Assembly: GCA_963575745.1 (NCBI GenBank)
Contig: CAUYUJ010000169.1
Span: 1-64,000 of the forward strand
Direction of reading: 5' to 3'
Length of the DNA: 64,000 nucleotides
From: Prorocentrum cordatum
Taxonomy: Eukaryota
In this document: positions 12,315 to 25,451 of the stretch, piece by piece
Layout: the number at the start of each line of letters is the position of its first letter
Numbering within the stretch: position 1 is the stretch's first letter
Position numbers and translations under genes: made by a program
The notes under the pieces: generated by a model
Database searches by the model: none
The model's input: only the letters and a program-made list of their open reading frames with translations
What the model was told of the DNA's origin: nothing

Positions 12315-13704
12315 TGACGATGGCGAGAACGACGACAATGACGACGACGATTACGACGGCGACGACGACGACGACGATGACGACGACGATGGCGGTGACG
12401 TGCAGCGCAGCGCCGCACGCCATGGAGCTTCAGCTCCGGCCCTGGCGGCCCAGTGCCGCGGCGGACGGCGCAGCCGAGCTGGCCTTCCCTTCGCGAGCGT
12501 GGCTCCCAAGGGGCCCCCGCGGCGGGCCGGCGGGCCCCACCGAGGGCCAACCGACGCACAAGTCGCAGCGAGCCCTTCTCTCACAGCTGGGCTGGTTGGA
12601 GGGAGCCCCTCTCCTGCAGAGGGGCGGGCGGAAGAACACGCTGTCACTCTATTCCGGCTTTAACAGTTGGCCCAGATTAGGTCGACCCTGCCAAATCAAG
12701 GGCACCCTTGTGCCCTGTGTCTCGCGACCCATGCTTCCTGCATTCCTGTGGCAATGTGGCCCTCGGAAGGGTCTTGTGTCCTCTCGCGTGTCCTGTCCAA
12801 TCGAGTCCGACCGTAGCGATTGCGGAGGCACTCGCCGGCGGCGGGAAAGCCCGCCTTGGCCCATCGCCCGCTGCTGCTTGCCCCCTGCCGCGGCCCCGGT
12901 GCCGGCGCTCGCGCGCGGCCGTCTGGTCTGTCTGGGCCAGGCCTGGCCGCGGCTCGTGCCTACAATCAGGGAGTCCCAGCTGCGACGCCAGCTGGGGCAT
13001 TCTCGCGCGGTCGCCACCCCCTTTTTGTTGCCCACACTTGGCACGTTTCGCGCCCAGCATGGGGGCCCGAGTTACCACCCCTTGCGCGCTCTGCGCGCCA
13101 CAGGGAGCCCAACTACGGCCCTAGTGAGGACATTCGCATGTGGTCCGTGCAACCGTGCTGGCCCACCACGCACACGTCCGGCGCCCCAGAAGGAGTTCCA
13201 GACGCGCCGTGGGTGGGTGGGGTGGGGGGGGGCGTTTGCATGTGGCCGTCGCAAACGCTTTGGCTCTCCTTGCCAGCTTCTCGTGCCACATAGGGGTTCT
13301 CAACTGAGGCCCCAGAGGGCTCGACCGCATCGTGCTCGGAGGCCCATCGCCCAATCCCCAGTGAGGACGTTGCACGTGACCGTCGCATCCAGCTTGGCTT
13401 GCCCCATCGCGCGATTCGCGCCCCGCAGGGAGAGTCCAATCACGGCCCATGTAAGGGCGACCGCGCGAAATCGACGCGCCCAAAAAAAACGTGCAAGAGG
13501 AGAGAAAGTGGGCGATGACGACAGCGGAAGACAATGAGGGTTGCGAGAGCAAGCGCAACGCAACGACAACAGTGTGGACAGCATGTGGTGCTGACGGCGG
13601 TCTGGCACAAAGCGTCAGCACTCATGCACAAGATGTGACGACTGTCGCATCGTGCATCCCCACCAGCCCGTCCAGCAACGATGCCCAGGCGAGCTGCACT
13701 GATC

Positions 13705-13860
13705 TTAAGTCGGGCCTGTCCCTGGAGATATATTCAAAAATAGTCGGACACATAGTCTTGTGATGATTTTTCGAATCTGCTTTTGACCACTTTGTTTTTG
13801 TTCGACTATGTTTTATTTGTCGTCCAAAATCCCCCCTGTAGGAGGACAGGCCCGACTTAA
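13705..13860. mobile_element. MITE family A, best-preserved copy (156 bp), perfect 8-bp TSD CACTGATC
   Basis: CACTGATC|TTAAGTCGGGCCTGTCC ... GGACAGGCCCGACTTAA|CACTGATC. Confidence 0.93.
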
Positions 13861-13989
13861 CACTGATCAGGGAAGTGTGGGAGCATGCAGAGGGACAAAA
13901 TGCGGAGAGGGGGGGGGGCATCCGTCAACCTGAGCAGGCCCAGGGGTCAATTATTATAACTACAACTTCGCGGACCTCTCGATGTCGGA

Positions 13990-14310
13990 GTGTGTCTTGG
14001 GAGCTTCTTTGGGCCTCGCCGGGGCCATGTTGGAAACCTGTTGGAGCCTTCTTGGGACCCTCTTGGGAGCTGTGGGGGCGCTCTTGGGACCATCCGGGAA
14101 GGCATCGATCTAAGAAGGGGGGGTCCTAAATTGGGGCCCCCCCCCTTCGGAGTCCCAAGAATCGCCCAGGGGGGGGGCCTCTTGGGGCGCTCTTTGAGCT
14201 CTCTTGGGCTCTTGGGGCTGTTTTGGAGCCCTCCTAGAGCCCTTTCAGGGCCCTCTTGGAGCCATATTGGACCCATCTTGAGGCTTCGAAAGCCCGTCGG
14301 AAGAGAAAAA
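13990..14310 (-). repeat. CCCAAGAGG-rich repeat family (family E)
   Basis: CTCTTGGG subunits; related tracts at 29300-29760 (-), 37975-39560 (+), 40560-40720 (-). Confidence 0.75.
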
Positions 14311-16208
14311 ACGAGAGGGCAGACCCCCCCGTCGAGACCAAGGGGGAGGGTATATCGGGAGGGGCCAAGCTACCCCAAGCCGCAAGTCGTGTCGCTCACT
14401 CCCAGGCGCCCTCCCAACACATAGGCAGCATTCAAGCCTGGGGCCCCGTCGAAGTTCATGAGTCAGGGCCGCGTCGGATGCGCAGTGCCGAGCAGTCAGT
14501 GAGACGGCTGGAGCCCGAAGCTCCAGCACCAATTGACAAATCGTGCAAAGTGCACTGTGTGCTGAGGTTTGTCAGGGATGGTGAGCCTGCACGGCGCAGT
14601 CAGTAGGAGGGCCCCCTCGCCGCCCCCCGGGCAAAAAGAAAGGAAGCGTGACCGCGGCGGGCCCGCGCATATGAGCCAGATCTTGCTGCACAGTGCACTT
14701 TTGCACTGTGTGTTGACAGGGGTGTCGGGCCTGCGCAGAGCGGACAGTCGGGGGTTCACCGCCGCCACGCCTGTCCAAAACCGTTGCGAAGTGATCGTGG
14801 GTGGGGCGCCCGCGCGCGGCCGCAACTTGCCGCAGAGTGCATGCTGCATGGTGTTCTGGCAGGGGCGGCGGGCCCGCGCAGAGCAGACACTAGGAGAGCA
14901 CCCCCGCCGCCCCTGCCAGAGGAGAAGGAGGAGGAGAGGGAGGAGAGGGAGGAGGAGGAGGAGGAGGAGGAGGAGGAGGAGGAGGAGTGAGGAGGAGGAG
15001 GAGGGGAGGAGGAGGAGGAGGAGGAGGAGGAGGGGAGGAGGAGGAGGAGGAGGAGGAGGAGGAGGAGGAGGAGGAGGAGGAGGAGGAGGATGGCGCCCGC
15101 GCCCGGCTCGGATTCTGGCGCACAGCGTCTTGCGCACTGTGTTCTGAGAGGGGTGGTGGGCCTGCGCAGGGCGGACAGTACGAGCGCACCCCCGCCGTCC
15201 CTGTCAAGAGCCAGCGCGAAGTGCTCACGGGGTCTCCGCGCACGGTCCAAATTTTGCCGCAGCGCGCACGTTGTATAGCGGGGGGGGTTAGTGGCGGGGG
15301 ATAGCGGCGGGGGGGGGTTAGTGGCCCGCATGTGTGGCCGGTCGGGTGGGGGAAGGGGTAGATATAAACAAGGAGCAGTGATAGACCCTTCCCCGAAGGG
15401 GAAGAAGGACAGATTTTGAGGAAACGCCCTAAGCCACCGCCGCCCCAAAGGGCTGGTGGGATTCAAGCTCCACCCCTGCACGACATTCAAGACAGAATTA
15501 GAGATCGGCTGCGCCGCAGGTTGCGCCGACTACCTCGCGGGCAACCAAAGTGCATCTGGCCTAGCTAGGTCGGTAATCGGCTGCGCCAGACACCCCGTGG
15601 GCGACGAAACCGCCCGTTGCCTCGAAGGGTCTGCCACATGTTGCGCCGTGCGCGGCCCCAGGCAGCCGTGTGCATCATGGCCCACGCACCGCGCAGGCAC
15701 AAAAATGTTCTGGCGAAGGGCCCAAGCGCATGCGCGCGTGAGTACCGCAAGGCGGGCGAGACAAAGGAAGAGGAGCTCCCGATGGTGCCACAGGCGTGCG
15801 AGAAGTGCGCCGAAATGGGTCGGTGCTGCCATGCGGGCGCTGGCGCCGGCGCCGTTGGTGGAGCTCCCTGTGGGGCCACTGACGTGCGAAAGAAGCGCCA
15901 AAATGGTCGCCTCGACGATACCGCCATCGTCCGCTGCCGCCGCCGCCACGTTCTTTCTTCTGTCCCGGCCAAGGTCTGCACCTCCAGGTGCAGCCGCCTC
16001 AGAGCGCAGAGTGTGGCTCAGAGTCGCCCGAAAGAAGCAGCACAGCCTTCTAACGCCACCAGCTCCGCCGTAAATGTAAATATCGGCCCTAGCACGCCCC
16101 CGAATTCTTCCCCGGGACCAGCCTCCTGTCCCGAGTCGATTCTTGACGGTCCGTAGGCCAAGCGACGGTCTTAGAGGTGGAGAATTGGATAAAAAACCGA
16201 CCATCCTG

Positions 16209-16875
16209 TTTTTCCCAACCATCCTGTGGTGTTGGGTCCTCGTTTTGAAGAGAGCGCCCCGCGTCGCCTTCCCTCCCGTTGCCCTCCCCCTCCCTCATCG
16301 TCATCGTCACCATCCCCGTTTCCAACCATCCTGTGGTGTTGGGCCCTCGTTTTGAAGAGACAGCGCCCCTCGTTCCTGCTCCTCCTCCTCCTCCTCCTCC
16401 TCCTCCTCCTCCTCCTCGCCCCCCCTCCCCATCCTCCCATCCCTGCCTATGCCCTCCGCGCCCAGTGCAGCGTTTCGTCGCCCCATGGGGAGCTCCACCG
16501 AAGGCACCAGCGGCTCTGATTAGATGCGTCCGCGCCACCAATACAGCGCTTCGTGGCCTCATAGGGAGCCCAACCGAATGCCCCAGCGGCTGTGATCACA
16601 TGCGCCCCGCGCCACCCAGTACGGCGCCTCGTGGCCCCTTAGGGAACTGCACCGAAGGCCCCAGCGGCAATGACCACATGCGCCCCGCGACACCCAGTAC
16701 GGCGTTTCGTGGCCCCATAAGGAGCTCCACCTACGGCCCCACTGGCTGTGATCACATGCGTCCGCGCCCGAGAATGCATCGTTTCGTGGCCCCACAGGGG
16801 GCTCCACCGAAGGTTCCCGCGGTTGTGATCACATACGTCCGTGCCACCCAGTACGGCCTTTCGTGGCCCCATCGA
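16209..16875 (-). mobile_element. Family D element, doubled terminus and diverged satellite units
   Basis: Terminus at 16209 and again at about 16318; units TTTCGTGGCCCCATAGGGAGCTCCACCGAAGG related to the 90-bp satellite. Confidence 0.75.
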
Positions 16876-16887
16876 GATTACAACATG

Positions 16888-17200
16888 CCCCGGCGCTCCC
16901 AGGCGGTCGACCAGGCGCCCCCACTCGCTCCCAAGCGCTCCCGGGCGTTCCCAGGCGCCCCCAAGCGCTCCCTGGCGTTCGCCAGCGCTCCCAGGCGGTC
17001 CTCAGGCGCTCCCAGGCGTTCCTCGGGCGCCCCACTCGCTCCCAAGCGTTCCCAGGCGTTCCAGGCGCTTCCCAGGTCTCCCAAGCGCCTCCCCGGCGCT
17101 CCCAAGCGCTCCTGGCGCTCCCAGGCGCTCCCAAGCTTTCCCAGGCGTTCCCCAGCCGTTTTCCAGGGGTTCCCACAGGTATTCCCACAGGCGTTTTCCA
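16888..17200. repeat. (CCCAGGCGCT)n 10-bp degenerate repeat
   Basis: Visible tandem units. Confidence 0.8.
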
Positions 17201-17436
17201 GCGGCTATGGTCGCGGCGGTATCCAAAGGTCTCCCTCCCCGCCCATGTCGGCATACCCCTTACACGCCCCGTGGCCCCATAAGGAGCTCCCCTCGTTCGC
17301 CCCACCTGCCTTGAGGTATTGACCCTTGCATGTGGCTGGGCCCCTCGCCGGGCCACTTCCCCCCACGAGGCGGCGAGGTGGGGGCCCCCGCAGATGACTC
17401 CCCCCATCCGGGGGCCCGCCGCTTGACCCCCCGCAG

Positions 17437-17528
17437 CCCTGCGGCGGGTCGTGTGCTTCGACATGGCCTACCTGGACGAGGAGGAGGGCCAGGGCGGCTG
17501 GGAGGCGTGGGCCGAGGACGTCGAGGAG
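17437..17528 (+). CDS. Candidate upstream exon of the EngB-family gene (LRRVVCFDMAYLDEEEGQGGWEAWAEDVEE)
   Basis: CAG acceptor, GAG|GA donor, strong GC3 codon bias, in phase with next candidate. Confidence 0.5.
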
Positions 17529-17541
17529 GACGCGCGGCCTC

Positions 17542-17648
<107 letters not shown>

Positions 17649-18797
17649 TTCTTTTTTCAGGGGGTTCGAGGGAAAGCGGGAGTGGGCGGCGGCGGAATTC
17701 CACCTCCAAACAGCTCGTCCTGTTGTAGTTTTCTGAGGGGTTGGCCCTGAGGGGTTGGCTGGGCAGGTTCTCTCGAAGGCGCAGGGCCTGGAGGCGAGAG
17801 GGGGGATGGCCAGGGAGGGGAGGGGAGGAGGGGCGGCGGAAAGGGGGGGCGCGGGAGGCACGGAGGAGGCGGTGGGCAGAGGGCGGCGGGTCGGGGAGGG
17901 GGGGCGCGGGAGGGGGGGCGCGGGAGGGGGAGGCGGCGGATGGGGCGGGGGGGGGGCGCGGGAGGGTATAGGAGAAAGCGTCACAACACAAGCGCGACGG
18001 AATGTTAGCCAGCGCGGGCCCAAAACATGAAGTCATTGCATTGTGGATGAATACACTGCGTGGTGCAGCTTACGTGGTGGAAGTCAGAGGCGGCCACGGG
18101 CGGCAACTTGGCGAATCCTCGCCGGACCCAGTCAGCCCATGAGGCTTCAGCGAGGCGGCAACGACCGGCAACGTCGCGAAATTTCGCCGGACCCACCCAC
18201 TGCACGAGGCGGCAAAGATGCGGCAACGGGCGGCAACGTCGAACAATTTTCGCTGCACCAAATTAATTCTTTAGTGAGACAAGAAAGAGCCCCTTAGTAC
18301 AAGCACGATTGCGAAGGCCATGCGGCTGGCGCCGCCGACCCTGGACCTCCCCGGGGACCCGCTGGCAACTCCCCCCAGGATTCGCCGGGACCCGAAGGGG
18401 GGCGGCATTCTGACCCCGGACCCCTTTTCCTCCAACCCCGCCCCACCAACTCCTCCACCCCACCCCCCACCCCCCCAGGAGGGAAGGGATACAGGGAAAG
18501 CAATCGACTTAGCTACGACGTTCCTTCCCCTTGTTTTTCAATTTCTTTGGGACTGACGACGACGACGACGACGACGACGACAGCGTATCTCACACGCCGA
18601 AGGGTCGGCAGATGTGGAGAAAACGAGCAGTTGTCCAAATGGACGGATGGTTCTTCCCTGTCACGCCCCAGGGGGCACGCAAACTTGACGCGCATGGGCG
18701 CTCCCCGCAGCGCAATGCAGTCTGGGTCCCAGTCCATCCTCCATCTTCCGCCCCCCCCTCAGCTTGCTGGTCTGGCCGCCGCACTCCCCCTCACAAG

Positions 18798-18851
18798 GTG
18801 TTCGAGGGCACTGGCACCGAGCCACGAGCACTCGGAGCTCTGAGCTGCGAG
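18798..18851 (+). CDS. Candidate exon (VFEGTGTEPRALGALSCE)
   Basis: AAG|G acceptor, GAG|GC donor, phase 0/0. Confidence 0.45.
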
Positions 18852-20214
18852 GCCGTGGCCGAGCAGCTGCCGCCGCAGCGGCAAGGCGGGCGCCCGTCCG
18901 CCTCAGGTTCCATTCCATTCCATTCCATCCCATTCCATCTCATTCCCGCCCCCCCTTTTCCCTCCCAGGTATAGCCAAGAACCTAGGTAAGGGGAGTCCG
19001 TCAGCGATTGGGTTTCGAAGCCCCTTTTTCCTTAACCAGAATCATTGAACCAGGGCCCCTCGAACCAGGTCCCACTAATAAACCCAGTCATGCCAATGCT
19101 CGATCCTCTTCCGCCCGTTACCCAGTATTCCTCCCGCTCCGACCCCTGCCCACTACTCCTCCCGCTCCGCTTCCTGCGTCGGGGAGGAGGAGCAGGACGA
19201 GGAAGAGGAGGAGGAGGAGGAGGAGGAGCAGGAGGAGGCGTCGGCGGCGGCGACGCCGTCGCCGCCGCTGTCGTCGTTGTTTGCCGGGGGGCGCGGGCCG
19301 AAAATGTCTAGGAGGGGCGCGCGCCGTCTTCTCTGAGGGTCGAGGCTCGAGGAGCACGGGTGTGAAACAGCTACGTTAACCGCCTGAGGCCCCCGCATGG
19401 GCTCGCCCAGGGTCCCCGTGCGACGGCGGTGGCGACGGCGACGTTGCCGCCGCCGTCCTCTGCGTCGCCGCCAGGGCCCCAAGGGTCAAAATGAATCAGG
19501 GGTGGACATTGGGCCAAGAGGGACCCTGGGACGAGGCTGCCGACGACGTCGTGGATGACGCGCGCCTACCGTCGCCGTCGTCATCAATGGCGTCGTCGCT
19601 GGCCCCGTCGGCGTTATCGCAGTCGCCGTCGGCGTTGGCGCCGTCGTCGTCGCCGCTGGTGTCGTTTTCGCGGTTGGGTTGTCGTCAAGCCAAGTAAGCG
19701 CATCAGAGAGGAGCTCGGCCTGAAAGCAGGTGCCCCGCTGAAATGTGTTGTCCTTTGATGGCCCCAAGGACCCACAGGTACCCTGGGGCACCTGGGGGCG
19801 ACCTTCAAGAGACGACGAAGAGTCCGCCCCAAGATCTCTCACAACAACACTTTTTTTTTGTTTATCGCATGTGCCTACTGCACGGGGTCGGCGGGCCGAG
19901 GACGTCGAGAAGTGTGCCGGGGGCGGCGCGGGGGAAGGATGGAACCCCCAAGGAGGGAGGCGGGAGGCGAGGGCCCTGCCCACCAAGGCTCGAGTTCAGC
20001 GGTGTTTTGGCGACTTCGTGGGCCGTTTTCGTCTTGACCTCGTTCACCAAAAGCAACACGAACGGGACACACGGCTTGGGTCGAGCCCCTACCGCGTCGA
20101 CCTTCGGGGATCGACCTGCGGCCACTGCCACGGCGACGGCGACGCTGCGGCGGCGACGTACTGCGACGTGGTTGCCACGTGTTGCGACGCTGGCCCACCG
20201 GCCGGGCGTCGCAG

Positions 20215-20277
20215 GAGCTGCGCCGCTGCAACCAGGAGCGGGAGCACTTCGCCGCCCGCACTCGGCAGCTCGAGGAG
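20215..20277 (+). CDS. Candidate exon (ELRRCNQEREHFAARTRQLEE)
   Basis: CAG|G acceptor, GAG|GA donor, phase 0/0, GC3-biased. Confidence 0.55.
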
Positions 20278-21164
20278 GATCGGCCTGCGGAGCGCTGCGT
20301 GGCGGGGGAACGATGGGCGAAGGGGGGCGACCAGCGAACAGCACACACCCATACCCACGGAAGGGACGGAGGGGGCTATGGGGCGCGGAGGGGGCGCCCG
20401 CTCGAACCGGAGCCTCCCCCAGGATCTGACAACCCGCACCCATGGCCGTAGCCAGTCCTCCTCCCTCCGACACCACTGGGGGCATGGGTGCGTGTTGCTT
20501 GTGCGCCTGGGGGGGGGGTGATCGAGGCCTGCGGGGGCCACGATTCTCGGCGCACGGAAGTTGCTCCTTCCCCATGAGGCAACACCCGAGAACTGCGGGC
20601 GCGCGGGGCCCCCGAAGGGTGGGGGGGGGCGCGGCGGCCTCGCCAGCCGCCCTTCACCCCGCACGATGGTCGATGCTCAGTTGTTGGTTTCAAGTTGTCG
20701 GCAGCACTCCCCGATGGTCTGCACGAGCTGAGCGGCTCCTTCTGCCTCTCGCTTCGTTCGGTGGTTCCTCGTCTTTGGTACCCTGATCTGCTTCGGCGCG
20801 CCCCGCCTCTGGAGCCCGACTGGCGCCCGACCGCCTCTTGCGCCCTGGCGCCCGCTGGCTTGAAGCATCGTTATTCTGCGATGTAGGCCTGTGGGGAGGG
20901 GGTCCGTGTTCGGCCCCGCGGCCGTCAGGAATCGATGGCCACGGTGGAAGACAGGCAGGTGTGATAAAAACACAAGTGTGATAAAAAACAGTGTGATACA
21001 ACAAGACGTGTGATACCTAGCAGTGTGAATGAGGACGTGCTGTATCACACTTGTGTTGTATCACACTTGTTGTTTATCACGTTCGCTGTATCAGATGAGT
21101 GCTTCTATCACACTTGTTCGTTTCTCACACCTGTTGTTTAGCACATGTTTTTATCACACTTGGT

Positions 21165-22794
21165 TTAAGTCGGGCCTGTCCCCTACAGAGGGATATTCGA
21201 CGAAACATTAAACAAATACACCAAAAATAGTCCAACTAGACTCCAAAAATAGTCTGGGGACTATTTCTGTTAGTATGTTTTGACCTGTGGGGGGTATTTT
21301 TGGGGTATGTTTTATTCCCAACCCTCCTGCGTTGGGTACTCGTTTTGAATAGAGCACTGTGGTCTCCACCTTCCTCCTCCCGCCTCCTCCTCTCTTCTCT
21401 TGCTCTTACCCCTCCTCTTCTCCTCCCTTCCTCCCGCCTCCCGCCTCCTCTCTTCGATCCTCCTCTCTCCTCTCTTGCTTCCCCTTCTCCTCTCATCGCT
21501 GTGCTACCCTTCTCCTCTCATCTCTCCTCGTCTCCTCTCTTGCTTCCCTTCTCTCCTCTCTTCGCTCCTCTTCTTCTCTCTTGCCTGTTACGTCATCTCT
21601 TTGTGGGGCTGCGATCTGTGAGATCGTCGCCACTTTCGGGGGGCTGCTGGGGTGCCCAGCGGAGTGACGCCCTACGGGGACTCAGATTAGACCTCGCCAT
21701 CCCTGGTGGGGCTGCGATCTGTGAAACTGTCGCCACTTTCGAGGGCTGCTGGGGGGCCCAGCGGAGTGACGCCCTACGGGGACTCAGATTAGACCTCGCC
21801 ATCCCTGGGGGGCTGCGATCTGTGAAACTGTCGCCACTTTCGAGGGCTGCTGGGGTGCCCAGCGGAGTGACGCCCTACGGGGACTCAGATTAGACCTCGC
21901 CATCCCTGGGGGGCTGCGATCTGTGAAACTGTCGCCACTTTCGAGGGCTGCTGGGGGGCCCAGCGGAGTGACGCCCTACGGGGACTCAGATTAGACCTCG
22001 CCATCCCTGGGGGGCTGCGATCTGTGAAACTGTCGCCACTTTCGAGGGCTGCTGGGGGGCCCAGCGGAGTGACGCCACGGGGACTCAAATTAGACCTCGC
22101 CATCCCTGGGGGGCTGCGATCTGTGAAACTGTCGCCACTTTCGAGGCCTGCTGGGGGGCCCAGCACAGTGACGCCACCGGGACTCAAATTAGACCTCGCC
22201 ATCCCTGGGGGGCTGCGATCTGTGAAACTGTCGCCACTTTCGAGGGCTGCTGGGGTGGCCAGCGGAGTGACGTCATACGGGGATTCAGATTAGATCTCGC
22301 CATCCCTGGGGGGCTGCGATCTGCGAAAGTGTCGCCACGTTCGAAGGCTGCTGGGGGGGCCAGCGGAGTGACGCCCTTCGGGAATTCAGATTCGACCTCG
22401 CCATCCCTGGGGGGCTGCGATCTGTGAAACTGTCGCCACTTTCGAGGGCTGCTGGGGTGGCCAGCGGAGTGACGTCATACGGGGATTCAGATTAGATCTC
22501 GCCATCCCTGGGGGGCTGCGATCTGCGAAAGTGTCGCCACGTTCGAAGGCTGCTGGGGGGGCCAGCGGAGTGACGCCCTACGGGGAGGAGGAGACGGAGG
22601 AGGAGGAGGAGGAGGAGGAGGAGGAGGAGGAGGAGGAGGAGGGAGGGAGGAGGAGGAGGAGAGGAGGAGGAGGAGGAGAGGGATGAGGAGTAGGAGGAGG
22701 AGGAGGAGGAGGAGGAGGAGGAGGAGGAGGAGCAGCAGGGGGTCAACTGTTTCGTCGTAGTCGTCGTCGTCTCGTCGCTGTCGTCGTTGTTGTT

Positions 22795-22854
<60 letters not shown>

Positions 22855-23632
22855 TGGGTCGTCGTCGTCGTCGTCGTCGTTGTCACGTCAGGCGTCGTCG
22901 TCGTAGCCGTCGTCGTCTGAGACCACTGTCCTCCTCGTTCCAGTCCTCGTCGTCGTCGTCTGGGGGTCAACTGTTTCGTCGTAGTCGTCGTCGTCTCGTC
23001 GCTGTCCAGGGCGAACGACGATAGACAACCTACTGATGGTGCGCGACCCCGGCCTTGAGTTTCTTTCCCGCGGCCCACCGGCAGACCTTGCAGAGAAACT
23101 GCGGAGGTTCAGTTCCCGCGCTGCAACATGCAGGACGGAGGCAGAGAAGCTGGCGCGCGAGCTAGATCTCGATCGCTTCCTGCACTAGATATAAACAGGT
23201 ATGATCCTGTGGACAGGCAGCAGGCATGCGTTGACCGAGCTCCTGCAAAAACGAAACAGTCTCTTGCTTCCTCCCTCCTCTTTCATCATCGCCGCCCTAG
23301 TCCTCCTGTCACCTTCTGCATTCATGCTGCTGCTGCTGCGATGGCTCTTCGCCCCTTCCTACTGGGTTCGTCCTTCTCCTGTCCCTCGTTCCCGCCCCCG
23401 CTATTGTTTAAGGAGCCTTGAGACCGACTCCTCGTCTTATCGATTGCTGTTCTGTGAGTCGTGCAACATTACGCATCCCATGTAGGTCGCACTACAAATC
23501 GCCGCGCCTGCACTGTCACGGTTCCTGCTAATGTTTCCCTACTCCTCTTGCCACGTGACGCCATCGGGTTGGGTACGTCGCAGGGTAATTTTTCGTCGAG
23601 AGCCCCCCTGTAGGGGGACACGCCCGACATAA
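21165..23632. mobile_element. MITE family A split by a ~2.3-kb nested insert
   Basis: Left TIR at 21165, right TIR ending 23632, flanks CACTTGGT / CAGTTGTT (6/8). Confidence 0.75.
21310..22585 (-). mobile_element. Family D variant: stem-loop terminus, CT tract, about 9.5 x 101-bp satellite
   Basis: TTCCCAACCCTCCTGCGTTGGGTACTCGTTTTGAATAGAG terminus; period 101 (21714, 21815, 21916). Confidence 0.8.
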
Positions 23633-23897
23633 CAGTTGTTTCTTATCAGACCTGGGTGGACCCCGAGAGGGGCCCCGAGGGCCGACCTCGAGCGGATGCG
23701 GGGCGCCAGGGGCCGGCCTCCTGACGAGGCGCGGGGTTGGGCCCCTCGGAGGGGCCCAGCGATATGGGCGGTTGCGGCGGCCCCCTTCGTGGTCCGCGTG
23801 CCGTCGAGAGGCGCGGCTCGGGCGCTCTCCTGGGGCCGCTCGTCAGAGAAGGAAGTTCGACCTGCCAGCAGGTGCCTCCTCTTCGTCGTCGTCCTCC

Positions 23898-23929
<32 letters not shown>

Positions 23930-24241
23930 CTCCGTCCCCCTCCTCCCCCTCGTCCTCTCCCTCGTTTTCCCCTTTTTAGGCCTCCTGAGAGATCCTCGTC
24001 GCCACGGCTGGATTCGCCTCGAAAGCCTGGTCAGGACGCACCCCGGGAGAGGTCCGAGGGGGTAGCGGTATCGGTACCTTCTGGTTTCCCCAGCTCACGC
24101 ACTCGACGGTCGTGGCCCCGAAGGTTCTCGTGCCACCCGAAGGTTCTCGCAGTGGGGCCCGCGCGCTCGTGGGTCTGATCTTCGAGCCTCGGGGGCTGCC
24201 CCGCCGCCGAGCGGCGGCGAGCCCTCTCTGAAGGCATGGGA

Positions 24242-24400
24242 TCAAGTCGGGCGTGGCCCTCGCACAGGAGGGATATGCAAAAATAGCAACAAAAAACGTA
24301 TGGGGGCGTATTTTTTGTATTTTTGTTTATGTTTGAATGTTTTGGGGTCTGTCTCATTATTCGCCCAGAATCCGTCCGTAGGGGGACACGCCCGACCTAA
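24242..24400. mobile_element. MITE family A, inside a family F remnant
   Basis: TIRs; flanks GCATGGGA / ACATAGGA. Confidence 0.8.
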
Positions 24401-25189
24401 ACATAGGACGTCTCAGAAAACCTGAGGGTGTCTGAGAAGCCCCGCCGCCCTCTGAGAAGGCCTGCGCCCTCTCTCTGCTCGCACAGCCCCGAATCCTCGG
24501 GGCTGCAGGTCGCCAGGGGTGGTTCCTGAATCGTGCCTCGGGGACCAAGCCAGAGCTGTCCCGGATCGATCGTCCCCCGAAGATTTCGGGCGTTCAACCA
24601 CTCCCGAATCCTCGGGGCCCGTCGGGAGCCCAAGCCAGAAGTGTCCTGGACCGAGGTTTTCCCGGACAGGGCGGGCGCCCAAACCATTCCCGAAGCATCG
24701 GGGCTGGGGGTGGTCGCTCGGGCCCCGCGTGGCCGTGATTGGTTGGGGCCAGGGAGGAGGAGGAGGAGGAGGAGGAGGCGGAGGAGGAGGAGGAGGAGGC
24801 GGAGGAGGAGGAGGAGGCGGAGGAGGAGGAGGAGGATGGATAGGAGCTGGAAGAGGAGGAGGAGGAGGAGGAGGAGGAATTCTTGGTTCGTGCGTCGGGG
24901 GCCCACACAGGAGTTGCCCCAAACTGGAGCTGTCCCAGATGAGTCGGGCGTCCGAGTCCTCGGGCGTCGGACAGGAAGGGGGGTGCGACAACTGTGGGGG
25001 TGAAGAAAGGTGCACCCTTTGTGCCTCCTCCTCCTCCGCCTCCTCCGCCTCCTCCTCCTCCTCCGCCCGCCTCCCTCTCTCTCCTCCCCTCCTCCTCCTC
25101 CTCCTCCTCCTCCTCCTCCTCCTCCTCCCCCCTCCTCCTCCTCCTCCTCCTCCTCCTCCTCCGCCTCCTCCTCCTCCTCCTCCCGACAG

Positions 25190-25285
25190 GCGCACGCTTC
25201 TCTCCCCCCCCACTGGTCGCCCTCCCGTGAGTTCACGCGCCGCCGGGCCGAGGAGGTCGCCCTCCTGCGGAGCCACATGAAGCAG
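25190..25285 (+). CDS. Candidate exon (AHASLPPHWSPSREFTRRRAEEVALLRSHMKQ)
   Basis: Polypyrimidine then CAG|G acceptor, CAG|GT donor, 96 nt phase 0/0. Confidence 0.6.
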
Positions 25286-25388
25286 GTGTCCCCGCCAGAG
25301 CCGTGTCGGCGCGCCGCCCGCCCCGCCCCGCCCGCGAGAGAGGGGGGGGGGAGAGGGCGAGCATCGGCTGCGGCCGCCTGCTGCTCTG

Positions 25389-25407
25389 CACGACGACGAC
25401 CACGACC

Positions 25408-25451
<44 letters not shown>

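Larger units (their letters stand above)
20956..23654. mobile_element. Foldback element of GTGTGATA subrepeats, interrupted by nested insertions
   Basis: CAGGTGTGATAA at left, TTATCAGACCTG at right; forward subrepeats 20956-21030, inverted ones 21040-21163. Confidence 0.6.

Noticed and set aside
13705..13860. MITE A as piggyBac/Kolobok with TTAA TSD
   Set aside because: TTAA varies with the TIR (TTAG..CTAA) and an 8-bp duplication lies outside it.
13632..15568. Further upstream exon candidates (13632-13688, about 14424-14466, 15520-15568)
   Set aside because: Could not be joined in consistent phase to the chain starting at 17437.
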